The translations under genes and the position numbers were made by a program. This document shows, one piece after another, positions 21,551 to 29,715 of a stretch of DNA of 32,000 nucleotides (its first letter is position 1; each line of letters starts with the position of its first letter). The notes beneath the pieces were generated by a model. The model was not told where the DNA came from, did no database searches, and saw nothing but the letters and a program-made list of their open reading frames with translations. The stretch is from positions 3,210,001 to 3,242,000 of the forward strand of contig NZ_LT934425.1 in NCBI RefSeq assembly GCF_900232105.1. Direction: 5' to 3'. This DNA comes from Candidatus Kuenenia stuttgartensis. GTDB lineage: Bacteria; Planctomycetota; Brocadiia; Brocadiales; Brocadiaceae.

Positions 21551-21627
21551 GCGGCGCACAAAGCGTAAAACAAAAAATCCGCAGAAGGATGAAGAGAAAA
21601 ATTTCGCGATACCGCTAAACAGTGAAG

Positions 21628-21690
21628 AAAGCCCTGCTACCGAATAAAAAACTGTATAACGTTTATTTTATTCCGTAGCAGGGCTTTTTT
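21628..21690 (+). terminator. Intrinsic terminator in the leader of the amidase gene
   Basis: AAAGCCCTGCTAC[C]GAATAAAA ... TTTTATTC[C]GTAGCAGGGCTTTTTT: a 13-bp plus 8-bp stem interrupted by one mismatch, ending in a T-run. Confidence 0.85.
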
Positions 21691-21715
21691 ATTTATTACT
21701 ATAGTGTGATTTAAA

Positions 21716-22408
21716 ATGAATACAATGAGAAATCGTACATACGAAAAGATTATTCAATATGTGTCGTTAACAATGATTGTTGCGGCAGGAGGTATTATTG
21801 GCGCCTTGCCTCTTATTAGCAGCAGTTCCGCAGAGGTAAGAACGGTGATATCGGAAAGCGATATGCTGAGAGCGGCATTTGCACAAAAAATATCTCAGAT
21901 TTGCGAGATAGATACAATAGATACAAAGGAAAGACCGTGGCAATATATTGTTATACACCATAGCGCTTCAGAGAAAGGAAATGCAACCCGGTTTGATACC
22001 TATCATAGAGAAAAGAAAGGGTGGAAGTATGGATTGGCATATCACTTTGTGATTGGCAATGGAACTCTTTCTGGCGATGGAGAAATAGAGGTAGGAAATC
22101 GCTGGAAGAACCAAATTCATGGCGCTCACACGGCAAATATGGATTGCAACCAGGTGGCGATAGGCATTTGCCTCGTGGGTGATTTTGAAAACGGCGGGAA
22201 ACCTTCTGAGGATCAATTTGATTCGCTGGTTAGGTTGACCCGTTATCTTTCCTCGAAATATGACATCCCTTTATCGAACATCATATTACATAGCCAGGTT
22301 CATCAAAAAGGAACTGCATGCCCCGGTAAAAATTTCCCCATGGCTGAATTTAAGACGAGTTTAATTCAGTTTGCCTCTAACGAAATATCCCCTTCGCGAA
22401 AATCATAA
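21716..22408 (+). CDS. Secreted N-acetylmuramoyl-L-alanine amidase (Amidase_2/PGRP type)
   Basis: 'WQYIVIHHSASEKGNATRFDTYHR', 'WKYGLAYHFVIGNG', 'HGAHT', 'HSQVHQKGTACPGKNFP'; N-terminal TM or signal segment. Confidence 0.9.
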   Translation: MNTMRNRTYEKIIQYVSLTMIVAAGGIIGALPLISSSSAEVRTVISESDMLRAAFAQKISQICEIDTIDTKERPWQYIVIHHSASEKGNATRFDTYHREKKGWKYGLAYHFVIGNGTLSGDGEIEVGNRWKNQIHGAHTANMDCNQVAIGICLVGDFENGGKPSEDQFDSLVRLTRYLSSKYDIPLSNIILHSQVHQKGTACPGKNFPMAEFKTSLIQFASNEISPSRKS

Positions 22409-22545
22409 CCACAAAGCACATAAAGTTTAACCACAAAGGGCCTAGCGCGGCCTTTGGCCGCAACCAAAAAGGTGATTTTTAGTTTATTATAAAGTATAGT
22501 AGTATCCTCGTAAATAGTAATCAGACAATTTGGAGGACACTACTT

Positions 22546-24102
22546 ATGAATAAGTTGATGGAATTATATCGAGACAGGATCGTGGGTGCAATAAGCGGTC
22601 TGGACAGGATTCGTTTTCGCGGGACATTGCGGTGGTTGGCCAGTGAGCGTGGGATGGGAACATTCATGAACCAAGCGAGAATTCTGCTTAAGGATTTTTC
22701 CGGTTGGGTCAATGGGCTTACGGCACAGGTGCGAGACAGTTGTGAATCGCGGGCGAAAGATTTGGGTATCGAGGTGCGGTATTTGATGAGCAGCGGTGTT
22801 GATAAGGAGAAGTTGGCTCGCCAGATCGCGGCGGATAAGAGGATTACGGAAGGTTCCATCTGCCTGTTGAGTGTGGTAGAGCCTTGTATTGCGCCGATGG
22901 TCAAGGGCAACAAGGCCAGCAAGAAGCTCGAGTTGGTAATGGCGCCCCGCAAGTGTGTCTTTGTGTATCATTATTTTAATGATCCAGTGTTTGGTTTTGG
23001 TCATGTTCGTATCCAGAGTTGGGCGCCGTTTAATATTTTCATTTGTCTCAATGGTCGTCATTGGCTGGAGCGGCAACTTCAGAAGCAAGGTATTGATTAT
23101 GTTAAGGACGGCAACTGTTTTGTGCGTATAGAGGATATTGCGGCTGCGCAGGTTCTGCTCCATGAGCAGCTTAAGACTGACTGGGCGAAGCTGCTGAACG
23201 GGCTTGCGTTGGGCAGTTGCCCGGCATTGTCGCAGATTCTTCGTCCGTTGGAACCGGAGTATTACTGGTCTGCGGATGAGACGGAGTGGGCGACGGACAT
23301 CATGTTTAAATCGGTTGAGGCATTGGAGGAGTTGTTTCCATCGTTTGTTCATCATGCGATGCGGGTTTGCGACAGTTCTTCGGTGATGAAGTATTTGGGT
23401 AGGCGTAACCTTGCAGGCGCTGCCCCTGATGAGGTTATCAGCGACTATCGAAGACGCTATGAAGGTATACGGGTCAAGCACAGTGTGAATTATAATTCAG
23501 TGAAGATGTATAACAAGAGCGGTAGTCTCTTGCGTATTGAGACAACGATCAATAATACGCGGGACTTTAAGGTCTTTCGGAGTCCCAATGATGATGAAGG
23601 CAAACCGGCGTCATGGCAGAAGATGCGTAAGGGCGTAAGCGATCTTCATCGACGGTGTGAGGTGAGCCAACAATGCAATGATCGTTATGGGGATGCTTTG
23701 GCGGCGGCTCAGGTAGAGGAGAAACTGAAAGAAGTGGTGAGCAGCGCTTGTAACAAGGTTGTCAAAGAGGGCAAGAGGTATCGAGGTTTGAATCCCTGGC
23801 AGCAGGATGATTACCAGATGCTGATGTTCCTGTCCAAAGGCGAAAACGCGATAAATGGATTCCGCAACCATGATTTGCGTAAGTGGCTTTACCGGGAATC
23901 CGAACAATCCGGCAAGGATCAGCAAAAGAAATATTCCGGACGAACGACCCGACGGATAAAGATGCTGCGGGCACACGGTCTAATCCGCAAAGTTCCGAGG
24001 GCCAACCGCTATGTTTTGACGGAGAAAGGCCAGAAGTTCTCTTGTTCACTGATGACCGCTTCAGCCCTTGATATTAAAGCACTTACGGAAATGGCGGCAT
24101 GA
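22546..24102 (+). CDS. 518-aa protein of a widespread uncharacterised family with predicted C-terminal winged-HTH-like region; possibly mobile
   Basis: N-terminal 'MELYRDRIVGAISGLDRIRFRGTL', central 'KCVFVYHYFNDPVFGFGHVRIQSWAPFNIFICLNGRHWLERQL', C-terminal 'TRRIKMLRAHGLIRKVPRANRYVLTEKGQ'; GGAGG upstream of the ATG. Confidence 0.8.
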   Translation: MNKLMELYRDRIVGAISGLDRIRFRGTLRWLASERGMGTFMNQARILLKDFSGWVNGLTAQVRDSCESRAKDLGIEVRYLMSSGVDKEKLARQIAADKRITEGSICLLSVVEPCIAPMVKGNKASKKLELVMAPRKCVFVYHYFNDPVFGFGHVRIQSWAPFNIFICLNGRHWLERQLQKQGIDYVKDGNCFVRIEDIAAAQVLLHEQLKTDWAKLLNGLALGSCPALSQILRPLEPEYYWSADETEWATDIMFKSVEALEELFPSFVHHAMRVCDSSSVMKYLGRRNLAGAAPDEVISDYRRRYEGIRVKHSVNYNSVKMYNKSGSLLRIETTINNTRDFKVFRSPNDDEGKPASWQKMRKGVSDLHRRCEVSQQCNDRYGDALAAAQVEEKLKEVVSSACNKVVKEGKRYRGLNPWQQDDYQMLMFLSKGENAINGFRNHDLRKWLYRESEQSGKDQQKKYSGRTTRRIKMLRAHGLIRKVPRANRYVLTEKGQKFSCSLMTASALDIKALTEMAA

Positions 24103-24166
24103 AAAACACGCATAAAAAACAAGAAATTGATGGATAGTAGTACAAAGACTAACCACATAGGACACA

Positions 24167-24514
24167 ATGACTGAAAACGAGCTTTCACATAAAATTATAG
24201 GGATAGCAATAGAAATACATAATGCATTTGGTCTCGGCTTGCTGGAAAGCGCATACAAAGAGTGTATGTATTACAAAATTAGCAAATCAGGACTTTTTGT
24301 AGAAAAAGAAAAACCGATGCCGCTGTTTTTTGAAGAAGTACAATTAGAATGTGGCTACAGGATAGATTTGTTGGTAGAGAATAAATTGGTGCTTGAAATA
24401 AAAAGTGTTGACGCATTAAATAATATTCACCTTGCACAAACCCTCACCTATCTGAAGTTAGGGAATTACAAACTGGGGTTATTTTTGTGGTTAATTTTTT
24501 TTATTAATCAATGA
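24167..24514 (+). CDS. GxxExxY family protein, C-terminus probably truncated
   Basis: 'IGIAIEIHNAFGLGLLESAYKECMYYKI', 'YRIDLLVENKLVLEIKSVDALNNIHLAQTLTYLKLGNYKLGL'. Confidence 0.85.
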   Translation: MTENELSHKIIGIAIEIHNAFGLGLLESAYKECMYYKISKSGLFVEKEKPMPLFFEEVQLECGYRIDLLVENKLVLEIKSVDALNNIHLAQTLTYLKLGNYKLGLFLWLIFFINQ

Positions 24515-24843
24515 ATAAAAACGCCTTTTTTGTATTAAGCGCCATCGCCTTCCTTATAATAACCATAGTTTTCTACCTAACCATAGACTCCTTACGTATA
24601 CACAAGACACCTATTCGTAATAACCATCTGGAATTTCAAAGACTTTTACATGGTGTTGGTATTGGAGCAACAACGAAACCTGCCTGGTGTTTTATTAATT
24701 TTGACCCGCGAATAGACCCAAGATGTACTTGTATAGAATGGCCAATTCCGGGTGGATACTGTTATTGCCCTGACCATACCGGCACCGTTTCTTTTATCTC
24801 CGATATGATAGAAATGGGGGTGGCGGTGGAAATACTTAAATAG
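24511..24843 (+). CDS. Hypothetical single-TM protein
   Basis: ATGA overlap with the upstream gene; hydrophobic N-terminus; Cys/Pro-rich 'DPRCTCIEWPIPGGYCYCPDH'. Confidence 0.5.
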   Translation: MNKNAFFVLSAIAFLIITIVFYLTIDSLRIHKTPIRNNHLEFQRLLHGVGIGATTKPAWCFINFDPRIDPRCTCIEWPIPGGYCYCPDHTGTVSFISDMIEMGVAVEILK

Positions 24844-25080
24844 CCCCCTAAAAATAAGCAGGAACATTAGTTTTTGAAAAAAACACCGTGAAAAGATACG
24901 TTAATACATTTTTGAAAACTAATGCTTAATGTAAAAGAATAGCGGCAAATGAGCAACAACTTGAGAATTGAACATTGAGAATCGAATATTGAATATTTGG
25001 CCCGGTCTTCGGAACTTTCGGAAAAGCATTTTGCTTTTTCAAAAGACTAAAGTATTACATTAAATGACACTTTCAAAGTG

Positions 25081-25197
25081 TGATTGCACGCAGAAAGGGA
25101 TATTTTGGGTTTATTTTGAATTTTATGCTTTGTTGTTCGGATTTGTTTCGGATTTCGCACTTCGCACTTCGAAATTCGTATTTTTTATTTCTTGTCT
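25081..25197 (+). repeat. Dispersed repeat, copy 2
   Basis: About 70 nt alignable gap-free to copy 1, then two extra 7-mers before the shared tattttttattt. Confidence 0.85.
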
Positions 25198-25209
25198 GTG
25201 GCGGAATAG

Positions 25210-26439
25210 TTAAGGATTTTTCAGCAATGCATCACGCAACACCTGTATTGTGTGAGTGCAGGAGACTTTTGACCCTTTTGTGGCAAGTATATCCTCAATT
25301 TGCAGACGGCAGCCCGGGCAGCCTGTTGCAACGGCCTCTGCCTTGCTATTTTCAATAGCCTTTGCCTTGTATTCGGCAATCTTCATTGACAGATCGTAGT
25401 GCAACAGATTAAAGACGCCACCACCCCCGCAGCACCGTTCCGGAGTATCCATTTCATGGAAATCGGCGGACAGCTTCAGGATGTTTCTGGGTTGTTTTGA
25501 AATATTTTGTCCCCAGTAAAGATGGCAGGGGTCGTGGTAGGTAATTTTCGTTTTTAGCGGCTTGATAGTGTACGGTAAATATTTTTCAATAAACTCAGAT
25601 ACGTCGTACAGTTTCTTTGCAAAAATCTGGCAAGGGTCGTTCAATGTGCGTGAATAATCTTTCCGTAATGCCCTGCCGCAGGTGGCGCATGCGGTGACAA
25701 TATAATCCAGATTTTCACTTTCAAATACACGGCTATTTATCTCTGCAAGTTTACGTGCTGTCCTGAAGTCTCCCAACGAATTCGCTGGAATACCGCAGCA
25801 CAACTGTTCTTCTGGTACAATTACTTCCACGCCAAGGTGGGTAAGTGTCTCAACAACCGCATCGGCGATGTCCGGATAAACATAATTGGTGAGGCATCCT
25901 ACAAAAAACCCAACCCGCATTTTTGCAGTGTTTGTTTTTGTCCGGGAAGAATGCCATTTGTCCAACGCGGGTTTCTTTGCCAATGGAGGAATCCATCTTC
26001 CTCCCATAAGTGCAAAGGGGAGGTGTCTCATGGCGCCACGTTGTTTTAACGGTATGATACGCTGAAAAATACTTGCGGTTTTTAAGAAAAAATTAAAAAG
26101 CCACCTGCGGGTTAAAACGACCCTGAAAATAATACGGGGAATAAACCATATCCCAATGTGATTTGCCAGGTCATTCAGCATCGTTTGTATGATTAAATCG
26201 TAATCAACATTTGAAGGGCAGATACTGGAACACCGAAAGCATTTTTTGCATGATAGCAAATAATCTCTTAACCGTTCCGTATAAAAAATCTCACCATTCC
26301 TGATTGCCTCAGCAAGACTGATGCGCCCCCGCGCAACCATTGATTCCTCTCCGGTTTCTAAAAAAACCGGGCATATGGAGCGGCATTTCCCGCATTTCGC
26401 ACATTTGTCAATTTCAGTTTTGAAGGCGTTATTATCCAT
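25210..26439 (-). CDS. (Fe-S)-binding protein with CCG domains (GlcF/GlpC/HdrD-like)
   Basis: 'CAKCGKCRSICPVF', 'CKKCFRCSSICPSNVD', 'GVEVIVPEEQLCCGIPA', 'TYHDPCHLYWG', 'ERCCGGGGVF', 'ATGCPGCRLQIED'. Confidence 0.9.
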   Translation of the reverse strand: MDNNAFKTEIDKCAKCGKCRSICPVFLETGEESMVARGRISLAEAIRNGEIFYTERLRDYLLSCKKCFRCSSICPSNVDYDLIIQTMLNDLANHIGIWFIPRIIFRVVLTRRWLFNFFLKTASIFQRIIPLKQRGAMRHLPFALMGGRWIPPLAKKPALDKWHSSRTKTNTAKMRVGFFVGCLTNYVYPDIADAVVETLTHLGVEVIVPEEQLCCGIPANSLGDFRTARKLAEINSRVFESENLDYIVTACATCGRALRKDYSRTLNDPCQIFAKKLYDVSEFIEKYLPYTIKPLKTKITYHDPCHLYWGQNISKQPRNILKLSADFHEMDTPERCCGGGGVFNLLHYDLSMKIAEYKAKAIENSKAEAVATGCPGCRLQIEDILATKGSKVSCTHTIQVLRDALLKNP

Positions 26440-26744
26440 GGTTATTCAAAAAAAGGGAAAAACGCTTGTACCGCCTCCCCTTTTGCAGACCCTGTTGTAT
26501 TAAAAACAATACGATGCTGTTGCAAATAGTATAAATCATAATTGTTTATAAGCAATCAATTATAAAAAACAGGCATTAGTACTACTGCGACATTTTATTC
26601 TTACACCGCAAACACAGTATAGGTAAATTATTTAATATCTATAAATTTTTGTAGAATTCTGTAAAAATCATGTTAAACTGGCACTTGTCGTAGGAAAACA
26701 CATTTTATTATCTAAACATTTCTTAAACAGAGAGGAGGCTATTT

Positions 26745-27836
26745 GTGTCTGACCATCCAAAAAATGATATGAATGAGGAGTATTGTGAAAATATAAACGA
26801 ATCTGAATACGTCCAGAACGATACGGAACGTCAAAACAACAATGCAGATGAGCATCACGAAATTAATCCTGATAAAAACAAACCAGTATTTGAAAAAAAG
26901 GAACAGAAGAAAGAGGTAAATAATGTATACGGAATTCCTGTAATTGATATTGACGCTTATGCGCCAATCAAGATGGCTGACAGGGTGGGACAGGTTGGAA
27001 TCGCAAAAACACAGATGAGCATGCTCACTACGCTTGTCCTGAGTATTTTGGCAGGCGTTTTTATTGCATTGGGAGCGCAGTTATCGATGCTGGTGACCCA
27101 TACTGCAACCTCAAACCTTGGCATGAATCAGTTATTGGGAGGCGTAGCCTTTACCCTTGCACTTGTGCTTATTGTCATTGCAGGAGCGGAGCTTTTTACC
27201 GGCAATTGCCTTATTGCGATGTCATATATGGCTGGCAAGATTACTGGCAGAGATCTTACCAGGAATTTGATTATTGCGTTTATTGGCAATTTTATTGGGG
27301 CGTTAACGCTCGTATTGTGGATATATAATTCCGGGCAATGGACATTTAGCAATTATCTCCTGGGAGCAAAGATTGTGCTTGCAGCAAACGAAAAGGTAAA
27401 CCTGCCATTTAGCGTCGCTTTTTTCAGAGGCCTTCTCTGTAATATGCTGGTTTGCCTGGCTATCTGGTTATGTTACAGCGGGAGAAGCAATATGGATAAG
27501 ATACTGTCACTGTTGTGGCCCATATCCTGCCTTATCGCCTGCGGATTTGAACATTGTGTGGTGAATATGTGGCTTATACCTATGGGTATTATCCTTAAGG
27601 GAAATAGCTCAGTCCTGGCCGCCATAATGAAGGTTCAGGGCAGAGTGGACTTTTCAAACCTTACTTTTTTTAAAGGATTTATGATTGACAATCTGATTCC
27701 GGTGGTTTTAGGAAATTTGATGGGAGGTATGGTCCTGGTTGCAGGGATGTACTGGTATATTTATTTGCGTCTGACGTCAAAAAAAGAAAACAGAATTAGT
27801 TTAAAACGTATTATGGAGTATATTTTAAAAACCTAA
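26745..27836 (+). CDS. Formate/nitrite transporter (FNT, FocA/NirC) family channel with ~65-aa charged N-terminal extension
   Basis: GTG start after GAGAGGAGG; 'GVFIALGAQLS', 'AGAELFTGNCLIAM', 'NMLVCLAIWLCYSG', 'GFEHCVVNMWLIPMGI', 'NLIPVVLGNLMGG'. Confidence 0.93.
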   Translation: MSDHPKNDMNEEYCENINESEYVQNDTERQNNNADEHHEINPDKNKPVFEKKEQKKEVNNVYGIPVIDIDAYAPIKMADRVGQVGIAKTQMSMLTTLVLSILAGVFIALGAQLSMLVTHTATSNLGMNQLLGGVAFTLALVLIVIAGAELFTGNCLIAMSYMAGKITGRDLTRNLIIAFIGNFIGALTLVLWIYNSGQWTFSNYLLGAKIVLAANEKVNLPFSVAFFRGLLCNMLVCLAIWLCYSGRSNMDKILSLLWPISCLIACGFEHCVVNMWLIPMGIILKGNSSVLAAIMKVQGRVDFSNLTFFKGFMIDNLIPVVLGNLMGGMVLVAGMYWYIYLRLTSKKENRISLKRIMEYILKT

Positions 27837-28071
27837 ATATTAGGAATTTCAAAGTTGCAGGGCAAAGCGGCACTTCGCTCTCCATCGAAAAAGTCGCTGA
27901 AGGCCTAACTCTATTCTCGTTCCAAAGTTCCGACTTGGGAACGCACGTACCCTGGAAGCTCCTGCTTCCATTTAATAAGAAATATTGGGGTCAAAAGACG
28001 CTTTCAAATATTTTTCAACTGGGTCCCATTCTTTTTTTATATTCGAAGCCGGAGTTTCTAAACCTATCCCG

Positions 28072-28184
28072 TTCCCAAGCCGGACAGACTGGGTCAAATG
28101 AACTTTTTTGCCTACAAAGTGGGGAGTTATACCCACAAAATAAAGCAGAATTGTCCATTTGGCCCAGTCTGCGGAGCTTGGGAA
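28072..28184. repeat. Imperfect ~34-bp inverted repeats enclosing an inner hairpin
   Basis: Left: ttcccaagccggacagactgggtcaaatgaac. Right, reverse complement: ttcccaagctccgcagactgggccaaatggac. Inner hairpin: GTGGG gagttata CCCAC. Confidence 0.75.
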
Positions 28185-28386
28185 TGAGAGGAAAAACGTA
28201 TTATGGATTATATTTTAAAAACTTAAATATATTAGATTTACGATTTGGGATTTTAAATCGTACCTCGTACTTCATGCTTTGTAACGATCCGATTTCCGGT
28301 AGGCGATGCCTACCCTACATGTTTATTTCAGATATTTAAGCAAAAGATTATGTTAATTACCCGATAGTTAAGAAAGGAGGCAAAAG

Positions 28387-29301
28387 GTGACGGAAAGTAA
28401 AATTGCAAAACATGTTAAATTAATAGATATTGACGCCTATTCGCCGCCGCAAATTGCGGACAAAATTGACAAGATTGCTTTGGTAAAAGCAAAATTGGGT
28501 ATCACCCAGACTTTTGCCCTGGGGGTTCTGGCCGGGCTTTATATCGGAATTGGTGCGCAATTCGCTACTTTAGTAATAAGCGATTCGACTTTACATTTTG
28601 GCATTAATTCATTAATTGCAGGGGTAGTGTTTTCTTTGGGTCTCATGCTTGTTGTTGTTGGAGGTGCAGAGCTCTTTACCGGCAACTGCCTTATTATTAT
28701 GGGGTATGTCAGCAAGAGGGTAACTACGATGGAAGTGGCCAATAACTGGACAGTATCCTTTTCCGGCAATTTTGTGGGGAGTTTATTGATGGTATTCCTG
28801 ATGTACAATACCCATCAATGGGAATTGTTTAACCATATGGTTGGTGCAAAGGCCTTGCTTATAGCAAATACAAAGGTGAATTTGTCTTTTAAATTTGCAT
28901 TGGCGCGGGGTGTACTTTGCAATGCTATGGTATGCCTTGCTGTCTGGCTCTGCTTTAGCGGGCGGAGTTCTGCCGATAAGATATTATCGATTCTCTTTCC
29001 CATAGGGGGTTTTGTTGCCAGCGGTTTTGAACACTGTGTTGCAAATATGTATTTTATCCCGATAGGTATTTTCTTGTCAAAGCAACCGGAAGTTGTTGTT
29101 GCTGCTGAAAAGATGGCGGGAAAGCCCATAGACCTTTCACTTTTAACATGGAAAGGATTTTTTGTGAATAACCTTGTTCCGGTTACCCTTGGGAATATTG
29201 TGGGCGGGGTTATTCTAGTGGGTATCGTGTTTTGGTTTGTTTATCTGCGTCCTGTTATCAAAATAAATTTTAATGTCAAACAGGATTTTTTCGACAAATA
29301 G
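28387..29301 (+). CDS. Second formate/nitrite transporter (FNT) family channel
   Basis: GTG start after AAGGAGG; 'GLYIGIGAQFA', 'GGAELFTGNCLIIM', 'NAMVCLAVWLCFSG', 'GFEHCVANMYFIPIGI', 'NLVPVTLGNIVGG'. Confidence 0.93.
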   Translation: MTESKIAKHVKLIDIDAYSPPQIADKIDKIALVKAKLGITQTFALGVLAGLYIGIGAQFATLVISDSTLHFGINSLIAGVVFSLGLMLVVVGGAELFTGNCLIIMGYVSKRVTTMEVANNWTVSFSGNFVGSLLMVFLMYNTHQWELFNHMVGAKALLIANTKVNLSFKFALARGVLCNAMVCLAVWLCFSGRSSADKILSILFPIGGFVASGFEHCVANMYFIPIGIFLSKQPEVVVAAEKMAGKPIDLSLLTWKGFFVNNLVPVTLGNIVGGVILVGIVFWFVYLRPVIKINFNVKQDFFDK

Positions 29302-29502
29302 AAGCGCTTCAAAAGATACCATTTTGTCTAAGATTTCCTTTGATTATCTTTTATAGTCATATAGAATACTTGTCTGTTGGAAAATGGTGGAGGAGCTTTT
29401 ATCGATCAAAAATTGTAATGGTTCCCATGATGTGTAGAACAACCCCTCAATTCCTATAAGCGCTAAGTTGTTTTTGATATTTTTTTACAGGTAGTCCAAA
29501 TC

Positions 29503-29625
29503 GAAGTCGGCAGTCTACAGTCAGCAATCGGCAGTCTGCAATCTACCGTCGGCAAATTGCAGACCGTGGACTGTGGATTGCAGACTGAACAGTCGGCCGT
29601 CAAATATCGAACAAGGAATATGGAA
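29503..29625. repeat. Heptad foldback repeat, copy C
   Basis: gtcggcagtctacagtcagcaatcggcagtctgcaatctaccgtcggcaaattgcagaccgtggactgtggattgcagact. Confidence 0.85.
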
Positions 29626-29715
29626 TAATTGAGAGAATTAACTTGTAATCGGAATGAACTGTTACTAGAAATTTAGTTTTACCTATCATAATTTTGAAGA
29701 AAAGGGAAATTCATT

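Noticed and set aside
22448-22462. gcggcctttggccgc palindrome as element terminal repeat
   Set aside because: A single short palindrome with no counterpart at the downstream end of the 518-aa gene.
22564-23481. 305-aa minus-strand ORF (and 23611-23976, 23762-24049 minus)
   Set aside because: Antisense shadows of the well-supported 518-aa + strand gene; low-complexity, unfamily-like translations.
25080-25358. 92-aa + ORF
   Set aside because: Starts in a dispersed repeat and runs antisense over the end of the Fe-S oxidoreductase gene.
27935-28339. 134-aa + ORF between the two FNT genes
   Set aside because: Composed of palindromic repeat units with no domain-like sequence or ribosome-binding site; treated as repeat DNA.
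29503-29625. Considered as a CRISPR-like array
   Set aside because: Units are 7 bp, contiguous and mutually complementary, with no 25-40 bp repeats separated by unique spacers; no cas genes.
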